Origin: an uncultured Candidatus Saccharibacteria bacterium
GTDB taxonomy: Bacteria > Patescibacteriota > CPR2_A > CAYFQT01
Assembly (NCBI GenBank): GCA_964345445.1
Contig: CAYFQT010000024.1
Span: forward strand, 4,634-68,633
Length of the DNA: 64,000 bases
Reading direction: 5' to 3'
Below the pieces are notes generated by a model. It had not been told where the DNA came from. It searched no databases and saw nothing but the letters and a program-made list of their open reading frames with translations. The position numbers and the translations under genes are program-made. Shown in pieces: positions 1 through 7,235 of this stretch. The stretch's first letter is position 1, and each line of letters opens with the position of its first letter.

Positions 1-357
1 GAGGAAACAAAATTAACTCAGCAGTTTATTCAAGAGGAGATAAAAAAAGAAGAAGCTGCAGCCGCGAAAGCGCCCTCCTTCACTAAAGCTACGAAGGGTA
101 AACAAAAGGAGGCAAAAACACAAAGAGAAAAAGCTGCAATCACAAAGACGCAAAAACTTCGCAAAGACGTGAAAAAAGAGAAAGTAAAAAAACCATCTGT
201 AGTTAAAGCTTTAGAGGGTGAGGGAAAGAAAATAAAAGAAGAAAAGCCAAAGGTTATATCTAAAGAAAAGAAAAAATTTTTTGAGATAGAAAAAAGGCCA
301 AAAGTAAGAAAAAAAGAGTCATTTTTCAAAAAATTTTTTCGACGTAAATCTGTGTAG
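1..357 (+). CDS. 5'-partial Lys/Glu/Ala-rich low-complexity ORF, open from the window edge. By position it is the C-terminal extension of ribosomal protein L22 or a separate small basic protein
   Basis: Frame 1 is open from nt 1 to the TAG at 355-357. The translation is K/E-rich with no globular motif. It sits immediately upstream of rpsC, where rplV lies in the S10 operon. Confidence 0.35.
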   Translation, partial: EETKLTQQFIQEEIKKEEAAAAKAPSFTKATKGKQKEAKTQREKAAITKTQKLRKDVKKEKVKKPSVVKALEGEGKKIKEEKPKVISKEKKKFFEIEKRPKVRKKESFFKKFFRRKSV

Positions 358-490
358 CGGCTTCGCCACTACACAGATAGCCACAGATAAATTAATGATG
401 GACACGGATAACGGATAACGGGTCAAGTCAGTGATCAGTGGCTATCCGTAATCAATCAGTAAAAATCAGTGTTTTACTGGAGGTAAAAAT
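358..490 (+). repeat. Family-1 intergenic element (cacagat/cacggat/cagtgat word array), preceded by a post-stop hairpin and followed by a conserved pre-RBS leader
   Basis: tagcggcttcgccacta hairpin, then cacagatagccacagataaat...cagtgatcagtggctatccgtaatcaatcagtaaaaatcagtgttttactggaggtaaaaatATG. Confidence 0.8.
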
Positions 491-1174
491 ATGGGGCAAA
501 AAGTAAATCCAATAGGTTTAAGAATTGGTATCACAGATAGTTGGCGATCTAATTGGTTTGCTACCAAAGGATATACTAAATTCTTACATGAAGATATAAA
601 GCTACGTAATTTTATTCTTAAAAAATTATCTCGGCAAGGAGTAGCTTCTGTTTTAATTGAGAGATCAGCTAATAATATAATTGTTAATATTCATTCTTCT
701 AGACCTGGTGTGATTATTGGTAGAAAGGGTGAAGGTGTTGAAAAGTTAAGAGAACAACTGCAAAAGATAACTAAAACAAAAGTTCAGATTAATATTGAAG
801 AAGTTTCTGAACCAGAAAGCAATGCTTATTTGGTGGCTGAAAATATTGCTTCTCAGTTGGAAAAAAGAATTTCTTTTAGAAGGGCTTTAAAACAAACCAT
901 TGACCGAGCAATGAATACAAAAAGTTGCCAAGGAATAAAAATAACAGTTTGTGGAAGATTGGGGGGGATAGAAATGGCTAGATGTGAGACTTTAAATACT
1001 GGAAAGATGCCCTTGAATACTTTAAGATCCAATATTGATTATGCTTGTGTGCCTGCTTTTACAACTTATGGAGTAATTGGAGTAAAAGTTTGGATATATA
1101 AAGGTGAGATTTTTGAGAAGAAAGTTCAAAATGTTAAAAATGTTCAAGATGTTCAAAATTTTAGCAAGCGTTAG
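491..1174 (+). CDS. rpsC: 30S ribosomal protein S3
   Basis: N-terminus MGQKVNPIGLRIGI... is the S3 signature. RBS ggaggtaaaaat precedes the ATG. The C-terminal ~13 aa are encoded by the atgttcaa repeat array. Confidence 0.95.
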   Translation: MGQKVNPIGLRIGITDSWRSNWFATKGYTKFLHEDIKLRNFILKKLSRQGVASVLIERSANNIIVNIHSSRPGVIIGRKGEGVEKLREQLQKITKTKVQINIEEVSEPESNAYLVAENIASQLEKRISFRRALKQTIDRAMNTKSCQGIKITVCGRLGGIEMARCETLNTGKMPLNTLRSNIDYACVPAFTTYGVIGVKVWIYKGEIFEKKVQNVKNVQDVQNFSKR

Positions 1175-1243
1175 CGATAGAACAATTTGAACAAGGCCCA
1201 AGGGACCGATTGAACAATTAGAACATTTTCGGAGGAAATATTT
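1135..1243 (+). repeat. Family-4 element (atgttcaa / ttgaacat inverted word array), overlapping the rpsC 3' end
   Basis: aatgttaaaaatgttcaagatgttcaaaat ... atagaacaatttgaacaa ... ttgaacaattagaacatttt. Left and right arms are reverse complements. Confidence 0.75.
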
Positions 1244-1687
1244 ATGTTAATGCCTCGTAAGATAAAACATAGAAAACATCAAAGAGGAAGAATGTCGGGT
1301 AAATCTAGTCGAGGATCTTTAATTGCTTTTGGTCGTTTTGCTTTACTTTCTACTGGGCGTGCTTGGATATCTGCTCGTCAGATTGAAGCTGCTAGAAGAG
1401 CAATGACTCGTTATATAAAAAGAGGGGGAAAGATTTGGATTAGAGTTTTTCCTGACAAACCAGTAACCAAGAAAGGAGCAGAAACACCAATGGGAAGTGG
1501 AAAAGGATCTTTAGATCATTTTGTAGCTGTGGTAAAACCAGGAAAGATTTTGTTTGAAATGGATGGAGTCCCAGAGGATGTAGCTCGTGAAGCTATGAGA
1601 CTTGCTTCACATAAGTTATCTATTGGCACTAAATTTTTAGTTAAAGAAACTCCTGGTGAGGAGGAAACAAAAAATGAAGAAAATTAA
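1244..1687 (+). CDS. rplP: 50S ribosomal protein L16
   Basis: [17 protein letters not shown]...[25 protein letters not shown] is the L16 signature. RBS ggagg is present. Confidence 0.95.
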   Translation: MLMPRKIKHRKHQRGRMSGKSSRGSLIAFGRFALLSTGRAWISARQIEAARRAMTRYIKRGGKIWIRVFPDKPVTKKGAETPMGSGKGSLDHFVAVVKPGKILFEMDGVPEDVAREAMRLASHKLSIGTKFLVKETPGEEETKNEEN

Positions 1688-1922
1688 AGGCTTAAAAACG
1701 AAAAAAACAAGTGAATTAGTTTCTGAACTTAAAAAAACTCGTCAAAAATTAAGAGCTTTAAATTTTGATTTAGTGACTAAAAAGTTAAAAAATCATCAAG
1801 AAGTTACTTATACAAAAAGAAAGATTGCAATAATTTTGACAATTTTGTCAGAAAGAAGATTGGAAGAAATAGAAAAAATTGCAACCGCAGAGGTACAAAA
1901 AGAAGCAAAGAAGCAAAAGTAA
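1674..1922 (+). CDS. rpmC: 50S ribosomal protein L29
   Basis: [33 protein letters not shown]... is L29-like. ATG at 1674 is preferred over the track's GTG at 1656 (same frame) because RBS gaggagg lies upstream. Overlaps the rplP 3' end. Confidence 0.85.
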   Translation: MKKIKGLKTKKTSELVSELKKTRQKLRALNFDLVTKKLKNHQEVTYTKRKIAIILTILSERRLEEIEKIATAEVQKEAKKQK

Positions 1923-1986
1923 TTTAGCGACTTTGCTACAACAAATCAGTAACAATCTGTGTTTATCTAATGAATAGGAGATAATT
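1923..1986 (+). repeat. Short family-1-like leader (aatcagtaacaatctgtgttta)
   Basis: Same word set as the pre-RBS part of the family-1 spacers. Confidence 0.5.
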
Positions 1987-2235
1987 ATGGATAAAAAGAA
2001 AAAAAGGACTAAAATTGGTATGGTTGTAAGTGATAAAATGGATAAGACAGTTATTGTAGAAGTTGAAAGATTAAAAGAACACCCATTATATAAAAAAAAA
2101 TATAAAATAAATAGAAGATACAAAGCTCATGATTCTAAAAATGAGTATAAAAAAGGCGATAAAGTTGAAATAGAAGAGACAAGGCCTTTATCTCGTGAAA
2201 AGAGATGGAAAGTAGTGAGTAAAATATCCCAATAG
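1987..2235 (+). CDS. rpsQ: 30S ribosomal protein S17
   Basis: [29 protein letters not shown] is the S17 OB-fold signature. RBS ggagataatt is present. Confidence 0.9.
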   Translation: MDKKKKRTKIGMVVSDKMDKTVIVEVERLKEHPLYKKKYKINRRYKAHDSKNEYKKGDKVEIEETRPLSREKRWKVVSKISQ

Positions 2236-2403
2236 CGGCTTTGCCACTACCATAAATAGCCACAGACCTACCTGTGCTCTACCAAAGGCGGACAGGCGGC
2301 AGGGCAGGTAAGTCACTGATGGCTACGGATCACAGATGGATCAGTGATTAATGGCTATCTGTAATCAATCCTTGTAAATCTGTGTTTTAGCGGAGATAAA
2401 AAT
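2236..2403 (+). repeat. Family-1 intergenic element with embedded GC-rich cctacctg...caggtaag palindrome
   Basis: tagcggctttgccacta hairpin; ...atagccacagacc; GC palindrome 2267-2322; gtcactgatggctacggatcacagatggatcagtgattaatggctatctgtaatcaatccttgtaaatctgtgttttagcggagataaaaatATG. Confidence 0.8.
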
Positions 2404-2772
2404 ATGATTCAATCTCAAACAAGATTAAAAGTAGCTGATAATACTGGAGCAAAAGAAATTATGTGTATCACAGTTTTAGGCGGCTCCCGAAAAAAATATG
2501 CAAAAATTGGAGATCTTATTACTGCTTCAGTTAAATCAGCTATACCCAATGGGGTGGTTAAAAAGAAAGATAAAGTTTTAGCAGTAATTGTGCGTACTAA
2601 TAAAGAATTTAGGAGGAAAGATGGAACAGTTGTACGTTTTGATGATAATGCAGCAGTAATTATAGGAAAAGATAGGGTTCCAAAAGGAACACGTATTTTT
2701 GGTCCTGTAGCACGAGAATTAAGAGAAAAAAGATTTTCTAAAATAATTTCCCAAGCGCCAGAGGTGCTTTAG
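2404..2772 (+). CDS. rplN: 50S ribosomal protein L14
   Basis: [22 protein letters not shown]... is the L14 signature. Confidence 0.95.
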   Translation: MIQSQTRLKVADNTGAKEIMCITVLGGSRKKYAKIGDLITASVKSAIPNGVVKKKDKVLAVIVRTNKEFRRKDGTVVRFDDNAAVIIGKDRVPKGTRIFGPVARELREKRFSKIISQAPEVL

Positions 2773-2896
2773 CGGCTTCGCCGCTAAACACAGATTAGCT
2801 ACGGATAAATCAATGATGGCCACAGATTAAGGATTATGAATTACTAATTACTAATAACGAACCAGATCAGTAATCCGTGTTTAGAAGGAGGTGAAT
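2773..2896 (+). repeat. Family-1 intergenic element
   Basis: tagcggcttcgccgcta hairpin, then cacagattagctacggataaatcaatgatggccacagat... Positions 2805-2883 are identical to 3221-3299. Confidence 0.8.
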
Positions 2897-3205
2897 ATGA
2901 AAATAAAAAAGGATGATACAGTTTTAGTTATATGTGGGAAAGATCGAGGTAAGACAGGAAAAGTAGAAAAAGTTTTGCCTCAAAAAAATAAGATTGTAGT
3001 TTCAGGGGTTAATAAACTAAAAAAACATGTAAAACCTTCTTCTAAAAATCCACAAGGAGGAATTATTCAATTTGATGCTCCACTTGACATATCTAATGTA
3101 ATGTTATTATGTTCTCGATGTGATAGAACCACAAGAGTTGGATACAGAATATTAAAAGATGGAACAAAACAAAGGATTTGTAAAAAGTGTAAGGAAGCAG
3201 TATAA
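2897..3205 (+). CDS. rplX: 50S ribosomal protein L24 (KOW domain) with C-terminal CxxC...CxxC ribbon
   Basis: KIKKDDTVLVICGKDRGKTGKV is the KOW motif. ATG at 2897 follows RBS aaggagg. The C-terminus carries CSRC...CKKC. Confidence 0.85.
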   Translation: MKIKKDDTVLVICGKDRGKTGKVEKVLPQKNKIVVSGVNKLKKHVKPSSKNPQGGIIQFDAPLDISNVMLLCSRCDRTTRVGYRILKDGTKQRICKKCKEAV

Positions 3206-3386
3206 ACAGGATAGTTGCTGATAAATCAATGATGGCCACAGATTAAGGATTATGAATTACTAATTACTAATAACGAACCAGATCAGTAATCCGTGTTTAT
3301 TCGACTGAAAACTCGGGGTCCCAAAAATTGTAATGGAACAAAGCGGAATGTTAAGCAATTTTTGGGGTGAAAAAAAGAGGATAAAT
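3206..3386 (+). repeat. Family-1 intergenic element (contains exact 79-bp copy of 2805-2883)
   Basis: ataaatcaatgatggccacagattaaggattatgaattactaattactaataacgaaccagatcagtaatccgtgttta is identical in both spacers. Confidence 0.8.
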
Positions 3387-3932
3387 ATGGCTCGTCTCAA
3401 AGATAAATATGAGAAGGAAATTATTCCAAAATTAAAAGAAGAATTTGGTTATAAAAATGATTTACAAGCTCCCCGTATTTTAAAAGTGGTTATAAATAGT
3501 GGGGTAGGGAGATTTTCTAGAGATACAAAATATTTAGACCAAGTATCTCATGTTCTTGCACAAATTACTGGACAGAAACCTATTTCTAGGAATGCTAGAA
3601 AATCTATTGCCGGATTTAAAGTTAAGAAAGGAATGACTGTAGGCTATATGGTCACTTTAAGAGGGGTGCGGATGTATGAGTTTTTAGATAAATTAATTAA
3701 TATAGTTTTACCAAGAATTAGAGATTTTAAAGGGTTAGATCCAAAAGCTTTTGATGGGAAAGGAAATTATAATATTGGAATTACAGAACATACAGTTTTT
3801 CCAGAAATAAGCTACGAGGATGTTCAGCAGTCTTTTGGATTAGAAATTAGTATTATAACTACGGTTTCTGATAATAAAAAAGCAAAAAAACTCTTGGAAT
3901 TTTTAGGATTTCCCTTTAAAAAAGTATCATAA
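3387..3932 (+). CDS. rplE: 50S ribosomal protein L5
   Basis: [24 protein letters not shown]...VVINSGVG is the L5 signature. Start taken at the in-frame ATG 3387; the track start at 3333 lies inside the repeat spacer. Confidence 0.9.
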   Translation: MARLKDKYEKEIIPKLKEEFGYKNDLQAPRILKVVINSGVGRFSRDTKYLDQVSHVLAQITGQKPISRNARKSIAGFKVKKGMTVGYMVTLRGVRMYEFLDKLINIVLPRIRDFKGLDPKAFDGKGNYNIGITEHTVFPEISYEDVQQSFGLEISIITTVSDNKKAKKLLEFLGFPFKKVS

Positions 3933-3952
3933 CGACCAAAGGGAGTAAAAAT

Positions 3953-4138
3953 ATGACTAATAAAGCACAGATTATAAAATCTCAAAAAAAACCTAAATAT
4001 AAAACTCGAAAAATAAATCGATGTAAAATATGTGGAAGGAAAAGAGCTTATATGCGTAAATTTGGAATGTGCCGGATTTGTTTTAGAGAGTTAGCTTCTC
4101 GTGGTGAGATACCAGGGATTACTAAATCAAGTTGGTAG
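3953..4138 (+). CDS. rpsZ: 30S ribosomal protein S14, type Z (zinc-binding)
   Basis: 61 aa with [25 protein letters not shown], the CxxC-x12-CxxC motif. Confidence 0.9.
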   Translation: MTNKAQIIKSQKKPKYKTRKINRCKICGRKRAYMRKFGMCRICFRELASRGEIPGITKSSW

Positions 4139-4419
4139 GTGCTGAAGGCACCTCCACAAATAACTCACAATTACAAAATATTACTCACAAATAGAAACTT
4201 GTTTGTCGGTTACGGTTACGAAACCCGCCCAGAAAGCTTTCTAGGCCCGTATCGTCTCTTGGTTACGAAGTTTGTCAATATAATGCTTGGATAACGTAGC
4301 CCTAACCGCCTCACGATACCCACTTCGTAACCCTAATCATAACTGATTAACTTTATAAAATAGTAATAGTGAGTCAAATGCTTGTTAAAGTGAGTAATAG
4401 TGATTTACCGGAGGTAAAT
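4139..4419 (+). repeat. Compound nested quasi-palindrome: family-3 arms (ttactcacaa / tagtgagtaa) flanking a family-6 core (ggttacg / cgtaacc)
   Basis: Left: aactcacaattacaaaatattactcacaaat. Core: cggttacggttacgaaacc...cgtaaccc. Right: aatagtaatagtgagtcaaatgcttgttaaagtgagtaatagtgatttaccggaggtaaatATG. Confidence 0.75.
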
Positions 4420-4857
4420 ATGACTGATCCAATAGCGGATATGTTAGTTAGAATAAGAAATAGTCAAATGGTTAAAAAAGAGTTTGTTATTGTTCCTTTT
4501 TCTAAAATTAAATGGGAAATAGGTAAAATTTTAGAAAAGGAAGGATTTATAAAAGATTGCAGTCGAATTAAGGCCAGTGATTTATATCAGGATAAGTCTT
4601 TTCGTCTCCGATTTTATAAAGGGAAAAATTTTCCTCAAATAAAAATTGAATTAAAATATTCTGATCAAAAACCAGCTGTATCTGGTCTTAGGCGAGTGAG
4701 TAAACCGGGCCGAAGAATTTATGTTAAAAAGGAAAAGTTACCTTATGTTTTAAGAGGATTAGGAATTGCTATTATTTCTACTTCTTTTGGTATAATGACT
4801 GACAAGGAGGCTAGGAAGAAGAAATTAGGAGGAGAAGTACTTTGTGAGATTTGGTAG
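4420..4857 (+). CDS. rpsH: 30S ribosomal protein S8
   Basis: [15 protein letters not shown]... is the S8 signature. ATG 4420 follows RBS ggaggtaaat. Confidence 0.9.
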   Translation: MTDPIADMLVRIRNSQMVKKEFVIVPFSKIKWEIGKILEKEGFIKDCSRIKASDLYQDKSFRLRFYKGKNFPQIKIELKYSDQKPAVSGLRRVSKPGRRIYVKKEKLPYVLRGLGIAIISTSFGIMTDKEARKKKLGGEVLCEIW

Positions 4858-4977
4858 ACACAATAATAAGTGTCAAGAGTGTCAAAAGTATCACAGGTGT
4901 CAAAGATATATTGCAATAATAACTGATACTTTTGATACATCTGATACCTCTGACACCTGCGACTGGAAGGAGCAAAT
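4858..4977 (+). repeat. Family-2 element: 10-bp-periodic gtgtca/gtatca words mirrored by tgatac/tgacac words around a tatata centre
   Basis: aagtgtcaagagtgtcaaaagtatcacaggtgtcaaagatatattgc...ctgatacttttgatacatctgatacctctgacacctgcgac. Confidence 0.8.
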
Positions 4978-5529
4978 ATGTCTAGAATAGGGAAAATGCC
5001 TATTAAAATCCCTGAAGGAATAAAAGTAAATATTCAAGGCAAAAAAATTACCACAAGTGGTCCTTGTGGAGAATTAAGCTATATTCTACCTGTTTGTATT
5101 GATGTGTTAGAGAAAGATAATAATTTAATTTTAAAAAGGAAAAATGAACAAAAAATTACTCGGAGCCTGCATGGCACTTCAAGAACTTTAATTTCTAATA
5201 TGATTTACGGAGTAACCAAAGGTTTTACAAAAGAATTAGAAATTTCTGGGATAGGTTTTAAAGCATCTAAAAAAGGTGATAATTTAGTATTACAAGTAGG
5301 ATTTTCTCATCCAGTAGAAATTAAACCTCCACAAGGAATAAGTTTTCAAGTTAACAAAAATATAATTACTGTTTTTGGAATTGATAAACAGAAAGTAGGT
5401 ACTATTGCTGCTAAAATCAGATCAGTTCGAAGGCCTGAACCTTATAAAGGCAAGGGAATTAAATATGTTGGGGAGGAAATAAAGAGAAAAGTAGGTAAGG
5501 CTGCTAAAGTAGGTACAGAAGGTCCATAG
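4978..5529 (+). CDS. rplF: 50S ribosomal protein L6
   Basis: MSRIGKMPIKIPEGIKV... is the L6 signature. RBS ggagcaaat is present. Confidence 0.9.
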   Translation: MSRIGKMPIKIPEGIKVNIQGKKITTSGPCGELSYILPVCIDVLEKDNNLILKRKNEQKITRSLHGTSRTLISNMIYGVTKGFTKELEISGIGFKASKKGDNLVLQVGFSHPVEIKPPQGISFQVNKNIITVFGIDKQKVGTIAAKIRSVRRPEPYKGKGIKYVGEEIKRKVGKAAKVGTEGP

Positions 5530-5610
5530 AAGTTAAAATTAGATTCCCTAAAAGAATGTTGCAGAGTGGGGGTGTAAAAAATTTCTGGGATGGTAAGAAG
5601 GGGTATAAGA

Positions 5611-5997
5611 ATGAGTAAATTAGATAAACAGAAATCTAGATTAAGACGAAAAAAAAGAATAAGATCAAAAGTTTTTGGTACAAAAAGAATACCTCGATTT
5701 TGTGTTACAATAAGTTTAAAACATATTTATGTGCAATTAATTAATGATGAGGAAGGAAAAACTATTTTAGCTGCTTGTGATAGCGAAATTGGAAAAAATA
5801 AAAAGTCTAAGAAAGATTTTAAAAAAAATAGTTTAAGTAGAAAAGTGGGATTGTCCTTTGAGGTAGGAAGGTTAGCAGCAAAGAAGGCAAAAGAGAAGAA
5901 AATAAAAAAGGTTGTTTTTGATCGCTCAGGATATAAATATCACGGTCGGGTAAAAGCAGTGGCTGAAGGGGCAAGAAAAGAAGGGTTGGAATTTTGA
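5611..5997 (+). CDS. rplR: 50S ribosomal protein L18
   Basis: MSKLDKQKSRLRRKKRIRSKVFGT...PRFCVTISLKHIYVQLI is the L18 signature. ATG 5611 is in frame with the track start 5590. Confidence 0.85.
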   Translation: MSKLDKQKSRLRRKKRIRSKVFGTKRIPRFCVTISLKHIYVQLINDEEGKTILAACDSEIGKNKKSKKDFKKNSLSRKVGLSFEVGRLAAKKAKEKKIKKVVFDRSGYKYHGRVKAVAEGARKEGLEF

Positions 5998-6149
5998 AGT
6001 CACTTTGTAACTTCCACTATCACTTACAGTTACAGACTATTACTCACAAATGAAATATATAATAGTGAGTTAAATGTATGTAATAGTGAGTAACTTGTGT
6101 TTGTCCGAAGGACAAAATAGTAAGTAATAGTGATTTGCCGGGGGCAAAT
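5998..6149 (+). repeat. Family-3 element (cactatcacttaca...ttactcacaaat // atagtgagttaa...tagtgagtaa)
   Basis: Nearly identical word order to 7785-7901 and 16030-16121. Ends in tagtgatttgccgggggcaaatATG. Confidence 0.75.
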
Positions 6150-6530
6150 ATGAATCGGAAAATTTTACTTTTAATTATATTTTTACTAGCAATTGCAGGA
6201 CTTCTTTTTACAGAACAGGGGAAAAGTATTATTGACAGGTTTCGTAGTTATCATCAGTTAACCATCCATCTTAAAGATTCTCAAAAAGAAAATGTTTCTT
6301 CAGCTGAAGTAGGGGTATTCAAAACTTCTGAAAGTGTTAATGAAACCATTGAATCGAAAGAAACAGATGAAAATGGAAAAGTAACATTTACTCTTCCAGA
6401 AGGAAGATATTATATTTGGGTAGCTAATCCTTTAGAACCTGCAAAGAGAGAAACTATTTTTTTTCCTGGGGACGGAGAAGGAGTTTCCTTGTTATATAAT
6501 AGAGAAATAGAGGTTGTTACTAGTCCTTAA
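6150..6530 (+). CDS. Hypothetical small signal-anchored/secreted protein with a beta-rich, Cna-B/carboxypeptidase-regulatory-like domain, inserted between rplR and rpsE
   Basis: MNRKILLLIIFLLAIAGLLF is a hydrophobic N-terminus. Motifs ENGKVTFTLPEGRYYIWV suggest a beta sandwich. There is no ribosomal-protein homology, and L30 would normally follow L18/S5 here. Confidence 0.5.
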   Translation: MNRKILLLIIFLLAIAGLLFTEQGKSIIDRFRSYHQLTIHLKDSQKENVSSAEVGVFKTSESVNETIESKETDENGKVTFTLPEGRYYIWVANPLEPAKRETIFFPGDGEGVSLLYNREIEVVTSP

Positions 6531-6565
6531 AATTAGCTTCTTAGGTTAAAAAAACAGGAGTTAAA

Positions 6566-7129
6566 ATGATTAAGAAGAAAAATGAGATAAAAGAAAAAAA
6601 TAATAAATCTTCTAGCAATTTAAAGAAAAAAGGAAATACAAAGACACCCGGGGTTGCAGAAGAGAAACCAGAGGAAATTAAAGAAAAAATAGTTCAGATT
6701 GATCGAGTGGCTCGAGTAGTTAAAGGTGGTAGAAGATTTAGATTTAGAGCAATTGTTGTGGTAGGAAATGAAAAAGGTAGAGTAGGAGTAGGAGTGGGGA
6801 AAGGAACAGAGGTATCTCTAGCAGTACAAAAAGCGAAGGCCAAAGCACAAAAAAATATGATTTCTGTTCCACTACAAGGCTTTACTATTCCTCATGAAAT
6901 TCAGGTTTCTTTTGGAAGTGCAAAAGTTCTCTTAAAACCAGCTTCACCTGGTACTGGGGTGATTGCTGGAGGAGCAGTAAGAGCAGTTGTAGAATTAGCT
7001 GGTGTAAAAGATATTCTAAGTAAAATTTTGGGATCAGCTAATAAAGTTAATAATGTCCAAGCAGCCTTTTTGGCTCTAAAAGAAATAAAGTCGCCTATTA
7101 ATACGGATAAGCCACGGATAAATCACTAA
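6566..7129 (+). CDS. rpsE: 30S ribosomal protein S5 with Lys-rich N-terminal extension
   Basis: [36 protein letters not shown] is the S5 signature. The last codons (NTDKPRINH) are read from cacggat/cacagat repeat words. Confidence 0.9.
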   Translation: MIKKKNEIKEKNNKSSSNLKKKGNTKTPGVAEEKPEEIKEKIVQIDRVARVVKGGRRFRFRAIVVVGNEKGRVGVGVGKGTEVSLAVQKAKAKAQKNMISVPLQGFTIPHEIQVSFGSAKVLLKPASPGTGVIAGGAVRAVVELAGVKDILSKILGSANKVNNVQAAFLALKEIKSPINTDKPRINH

Positions 7130-7235
7130 TAGCCACAGATTACCAATAACAAATAACTAATAATGAATCAAATCAGTGATCAGTGGCTATCTATAATAAA
7201 TCAGTGAAAATCTGTGTTTTACCGGAGGTAAAAAT
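7100..7235 (+). repeat. Family-1 element starting inside the rpsE 3' end
   Basis: aatacggataagccacggataaatcactaatagccacagat ... aaatcagtgatcagtggctatctataataaatcagtgaaaatctgtgttttaccggaggtaaaaatATG. Confidence 0.8.

Noticed and set aside
30-329. Minus-strand 99-aa ORF overlapping the 5'-partial K-rich plus-strand ORF
   Set aside because: It is antisense to a better-supported reading frame. Its translation is Phe/Ser-rich low complexity, typical of the shadow frame of a Lys/Glu-rich gene.
1848-2123. Minus-strand 91-aa ORF across the rpmC-rpsQ junction
   Set aside because: Antisense to two well-supported ribosomal-protein genes. It is a hydrophobic shadow-frame product with no RBS.
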